Below, in pieces: positions 60,675-64,000 of a stretch of 64,000 bases of DNA. The notes under the pieces were generated by a model. It was not told the DNA's origin and did no database searches. It worked only from the letters and a program-made list of their open reading frames with translations. Location of the stretch: positions 128,001 to 192,000 of the forward strand of contig CBDDEL010000012.1 of assembly GCA_965226885.1 (NCBI GenBank), in the 5' to 3' direction. A program made the translations under genes and the position numbers. The DNA comes from Opitutales bacterium (GTDB lineage Bacteria > Verrucomicrobiota > Verrucomicrobiia > Opitutales > UBA2987). The first letter of the stretch is position 1. Every line of letters starts with the position of its first letter.

Positions 60675-61223
60675 ATGACTACTTCTCTTTTTGAACTCAA
60701 CACCGCCCGCCTTCGTTTAATCGCGGCCACCGCTGAAACCGTGAACGCGGAAATGAACGACCACAACCGATTGTCTCGGTTGCTGCGGGCCGATGTGCCC
60801 AAAAACTGGCCACCCGACTTGACCGAGGATGTGCTCGCATTCACGGCCCGTAAACTAAAAGCCAACCCGGCCGATACCGGCTGGTATTCCTGGTACATGG
60901 TCCTGGCCAAGGAATCGCCCGAAAACCCCGTAGTTATCGGAGTTTGCAGTTTTAAAGGACGGCCCAAGCGCGACGGTGTGGCCGAGATTGGCTATTCCGT
61001 TCTGCACCAGCATCGCAAAAAGGGATATACCACGGAAGCGGTTGGCCGTTTGCTGCAATGGGCTTTCGACCAGGGTGAGGTGAGGAAAATAATCGCGGAA
61101 ACATATCCAGATTTGCTAGCCTCGGTGCGGGTCATGGAGAAAAACGGTTTTCTCTTTTCCGGTCCCGGCTCCGAGGAAGGCGTGGTTCGCTACAGCAGAT
61201 CGCTCACTCGGGGCAGTCTTTAA
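60675..61223 (+). CDS. GNAT (RimJ/RimL-type) acetyltransferase
   Basis: EIGYSV..HRKKGYTTEA...ASVRVMEKNGF. Confidence 0.88.
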   Translation: MTTSLFELNTARLRLIAATAETVNAEMNDHNRLSRLLRADVPKNWPPDLTEDVLAFTARKLKANPADTGWYSWYMVLAKESPENPVVIGVCSFKGRPKRDGVAEIGYSVLHQHRKKGYTTEAVGRLLQWAFDQGEVRKIIAETYPDLLASVRVMEKNGFLFSGPGSEEGVVRYSRSLTRGSL

Positions 61224-61251
61224 AAAAAGGCTGCTGGCAGATACCGTGACC

Positions 61252-63141
61252 TTACCAGACAACAGGATGGGTTGCCCCTGTTACGACATTGATTAATCCC
61301 TCCGGAGCGCCCTCGAAAGGCGCCACCAGGCACCATTTCCAGGGTGTGCAGGTGAGGAAAACGAAGATCATGCGCCGGGGCAGTCCCGGTTCGCCGATCC
61401 ACTCCATTTCGTCTGCCGCCGCATAGAGGTTGTTCAATTCTGCAGCCACCTCATGCGGCGGGCGGGCGCTCATCAATCCGCCAATTTCAAACCGCACACG
61501 GGCCGTTATGACGCCTTCGCGTACGAGGACCCAGCCGCCCCCCATGGCCGCGAGTTCGTTGACCGCCAGGGCCATGGCGTCGTCGTCGTTGCCGATTACC
61601 CACAGGTTGTGCAAATCGTGCGACACCGAGCAAGCCAAGGCCGAACGCGGTGTTTTCGGCCCCACTGTTCTCCAGAACATTTTCCCGATTTTGCCCTGGC
61701 CCGTATAACGGTCGATCAAAGCCAGTTTGGTGATCTCCTTTTCGGCCTCCGGCAGGACCAGGCCATTTTCCACCGGGAGCGTTTCGGTCAGAAAATTTTC
61801 TTCAAAATGGAAAGGTTTGAGGACGGCCGCCTGCACCGTTTTCCTGCCCTCGGGGGCGGGTATATGAAAATCCTCGGCCCTTAGTTGGCGCGGCAAATTT
61901 ATGGTCTCTCGCGCCCACTGCGGCCAATCGATTATTGGAGGATCGAGAAGGTATTTCCCGTTTTCAGCCGCCAACATGCCATCCGCGTAAACCTGTTTGA
62001 TATCGACGGTTTCGGGGTTTTCGAGCAAAACCACGTCGGCAAAACGACCGGGAGCCAAAGACCCCACCAGGTGATCGATGCCGGCGTGTCTGGCCGGGTA
62101 GAGGCTGGCCATGGCGTAGGCGGCTTCCACCGGCGCACCGCTTTTGATGGCCACCCGCAGGTTGTGGTCGGTGGTGCCGATTTCGAGGGCTTCGGCAGCG
62201 TTGCGGTCATCCGTTGTAATCGAGAGGTGCGACCAGTCTTTTATGCCCTTTTTCTTGAAGTAAGGGATGATCTGCGGCAGGGCGTGGTAGCGCAATTGCA
62301 GGAAAATTCCCCGGTTGAGCTTGTTCCAGGCTTCCTCCGCGAAACCCACTTCGTGGTCGCTCTCCAGACCGGCGGCGGCGAAGGCGTTAATGTCGCCCAG
62401 CTCTATCAAACCGGCCCCGTGCCCCTCGATGACTCCGCCGGCATCCCGGGCCGCCTGAATGACCTCCCAAATCCGGCCGGAACCGTCTAGTTCGGTGTTC
62501 CAGACCCGGGGCCAGTCCATGACTTCCCCCAATCCGATGACCCAGGGGTGGCGGGCCATATTTTCTCTGACTTCGGTGTAGCCATAGTAGCCCCCGCCGG
62601 TTTCGTAGGGCGTTGGAGGAGTGGCCGAGCCCAGTTCGGGAAAAATTTTCAAGGGGCTGCCGTGTTCCCTCGGCATCAGCCAGAACTCGACATTGTGCTC
62701 GCCGCTGACATTGGAAAATTCGTGGGAGCCTTCCACCGTCCAGGTGTTGCCGAACGGTATTACTAACGCGGCCTCAAATTCCGGTGTCAGGTGGGAGCTT
62801 TCGATATGCTTGTGCGATTCTCCGAACCCGGGAGCGGCGTAGAGGCCCTCGGTATCGACCATTTTAATAACTTCGCCAGTCCATTGGCCGGAAGGCCCTG
62901 TCCAGGCGATGCGTTTACCCTTGATCACGATATCCCAATTCTTTTGCCAGGTGAGCGTATGCACGTCTAGCATAGTGACGTGGGCCAGAATAAGGTCGGC
63001 TTTGTCCTGGCCCATGGCCACACGCATGAGATTTTGCCGAATCCGGGTTTCCTCATCAAAGGTAAAGTCTCCCCCATCGGCCCAAAGAAAGGCGGTCCCG
63101 GCCCCAATAATGAAAAGAGAAAGGATAGTGCATTTTTTCAT
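61252..63141 (-). CDS. Adenine deaminase-family amidohydrolase with N-terminal signal peptide
   Basis: PGFGESHKHIESSHL, GLGEVMDW, IEGH, SDHE, TTDD, SVSHDLHN. Confidence 0.85.
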   Translation of the reverse strand: MKKCTILSLFIIGAGTAFLWADGGDFTFDEETRIRQNLMRVAMGQDKADLILAHVTMLDVHTLTWQKNWDIVIKGKRIAWTGPSGQWTGEVIKMVDTEGLYAAPGFGESHKHIESSHLTPEFEAALVIPFGNTWTVEGSHEFSNVSGEHNVEFWLMPREHGSPLKIFPELGSATPPTPYETGGGYYGYTEVRENMARHPWVIGLGEVMDWPRVWNTELDGSGRIWEVIQAARDAGGVIEGHGAGLIELGDINAFAAAGLESDHEVGFAEEAWNKLNRGIFLQLRYHALPQIIPYFKKKGIKDWSHLSITTDDRNAAEALEIGTTDHNLRVAIKSGAPVEAAYAMASLYPARHAGIDHLVGSLAPGRFADVVLLENPETVDIKQVYADGMLAAENGKYLLDPPIIDWPQWARETINLPRQLRAEDFHIPAPEGRKTVQAAVLKPFHFEENFLTETLPVENGLVLPEAEKEITKLALIDRYTGQGKIGKMFWRTVGPKTPRSALACSVSHDLHNLWVIGNDDDAMALAVNELAAMGGGWVLVREGVITARVRFEIGGLMSARPPHEVAAELNNLYAAADEMEWIGEPGLPRRMIFVFLTCTPWKWCLVAPFEGAPEGLINVVTGATHPVVW

Positions 63142-63146
63142 TTTGT

Positions 63147-64000
63147 TCAGATAAGTGATAAACGTTGCAGAGTCCAGAATAAGGCCACCAAGCTGATAAT
63201 GGCGGAGCCGGGGATGAGAATGGCCTTCTTGAAATGCAGCCAATTGCGAAACCACCCCACGGCGCAGAAAGCCGCACAGAGCACGGCGATTTGCCCCAAC
63301 TCGACCCCGATGTTGAAAAACAAAAGAGAGGGAACCAATTCACGGCCGGAAATTTCCAGTTCCAGAAGCACATTGGCAAACCCCATGCCATGCAACAGCC
63401 CAAACAGGAAAACTACCGCCAGCCTGGTTTTACTCAAATTAGCGCGCAAAATGTTCTCCAATCCGACATAGACAATGGAAAGGGCTATGAGCGGCTCGAT
63501 CAGACTTGACGGAAGGGTAAAAATATCCAGCACGGCCACGGCCAGGGTGATGGAGTGGGCCAAGGTAAAACAGGTTACCTGGGCCAGCAGGGGTTTCCAC
63601 CGGATGGCCAGCAGAAAAAGCCCGACGACAAAGAGGATGTGGTCGAGCCCGCCCGGGATTATGTGGGTAAAGCCCAATTCAAGATATTGCCCGGCGAGAA
63701 AAACCCAGCCCATGACGGCCTCCTGCGGCTCCGGTGGCTTTGAGCCGGATGCTTCGGTTGCTTGCCCGGCCTCGGTCTCGGCCTCAGTCAGCCGGACCGG
63801 TTGCAGGGTAAACGGCTCGATTTTCTGACCGCCTTGCAGCCAGCGGGTGATGCGTCGATTTTCACCGATCGTTTTAATGGTCAGAACAATGGGCATTTCA
63901 ACCGGTATCTCAGGATCGGTGTGAAAAGAGAACGCTGCCTCATTTTGGGGCAGTTTTTCCACTAGTTGAATTTGCGTCATGGGCGCCGCCATGGGGCTGA
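63147..64000 (-). CDS. HupE/UreJ-family membrane protein (5' end probably outside window)
   Basis: LGFTHI..GLDHILF, FTLAHSITL, FGLLHGMGFA, FNIGVELGQ. Confidence 0.88.
   Translation of the reverse strand, partial: SPMAAPMTQIQLVEKLPQNEAAFSFHTDPEIPVEMPIVLTIKTIGENRRITRWLQGGQKIEPFTLQPVRLTEAETEAGQATEASGSKPPEPQEAVMGWVFLAGQYLELGFTHIIPGGLDHILFVVGLFLLAIRWKPLLAQVTCFTLAHSITLAVAVLDIFTLPSSLIEPLIALSIVYVGLENILRANLSKTRLAVVFLFGLLHGMGFANVLLELEISGRELVPSLLFFNIGVELGQIAVLCAAFCAVGWFRNWLHFKKAILIPGSAIISLVALFWTLQRLSLI

Overview
Bacterial window with three zones; a Verrucomicrobiota/PVC-like host is inferred from gene content only. (1) 1-3.6 kb holds secreted-protein genes: a beta-helix protein, a BNR/sialidase and a frameshifted IPTL-CTERM protein. 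(2) About 3.6-43 kb is a decaying carbohydrate/sulfate/inositol catabolism island (BNR proteins, sulfatase, sugar-binding protein, phytase-iolB-iolD-transaldolase) riddled with insertion sequences. The window has 16 IS copies of 9 types (ISNCY/IS5-like x4, IS1380 x3, IS1 x3, IS3 x2, IS21 x2, IS4, IS630), about 25 kb by my sum. There are three nested insertions, two IS-end scars, and one BNR gene split by five elements. (3) 43-64 kb is largely intact: ilvN-ilvC-hemC-hemD-trpF, an ATP-grasp/methyltransferase fusion, an ExbB/MotA + Hsp70-like-FHA + two ExbD-like-vWA operon, lipoproteins, and signal-peptide-bearing purine salvage enzymes. The strongest unexplained signals are a 180-bp two-hairpin insert flanked by a 20-bp direct repeat inside an IS1380 transposase gene, and a window-wide excess of perfect tandem micro-duplications (1-35 bp). 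No rRNA, tRNA or CRISPR array was seen. All family calls come from motif recognition by eye, not database searches.
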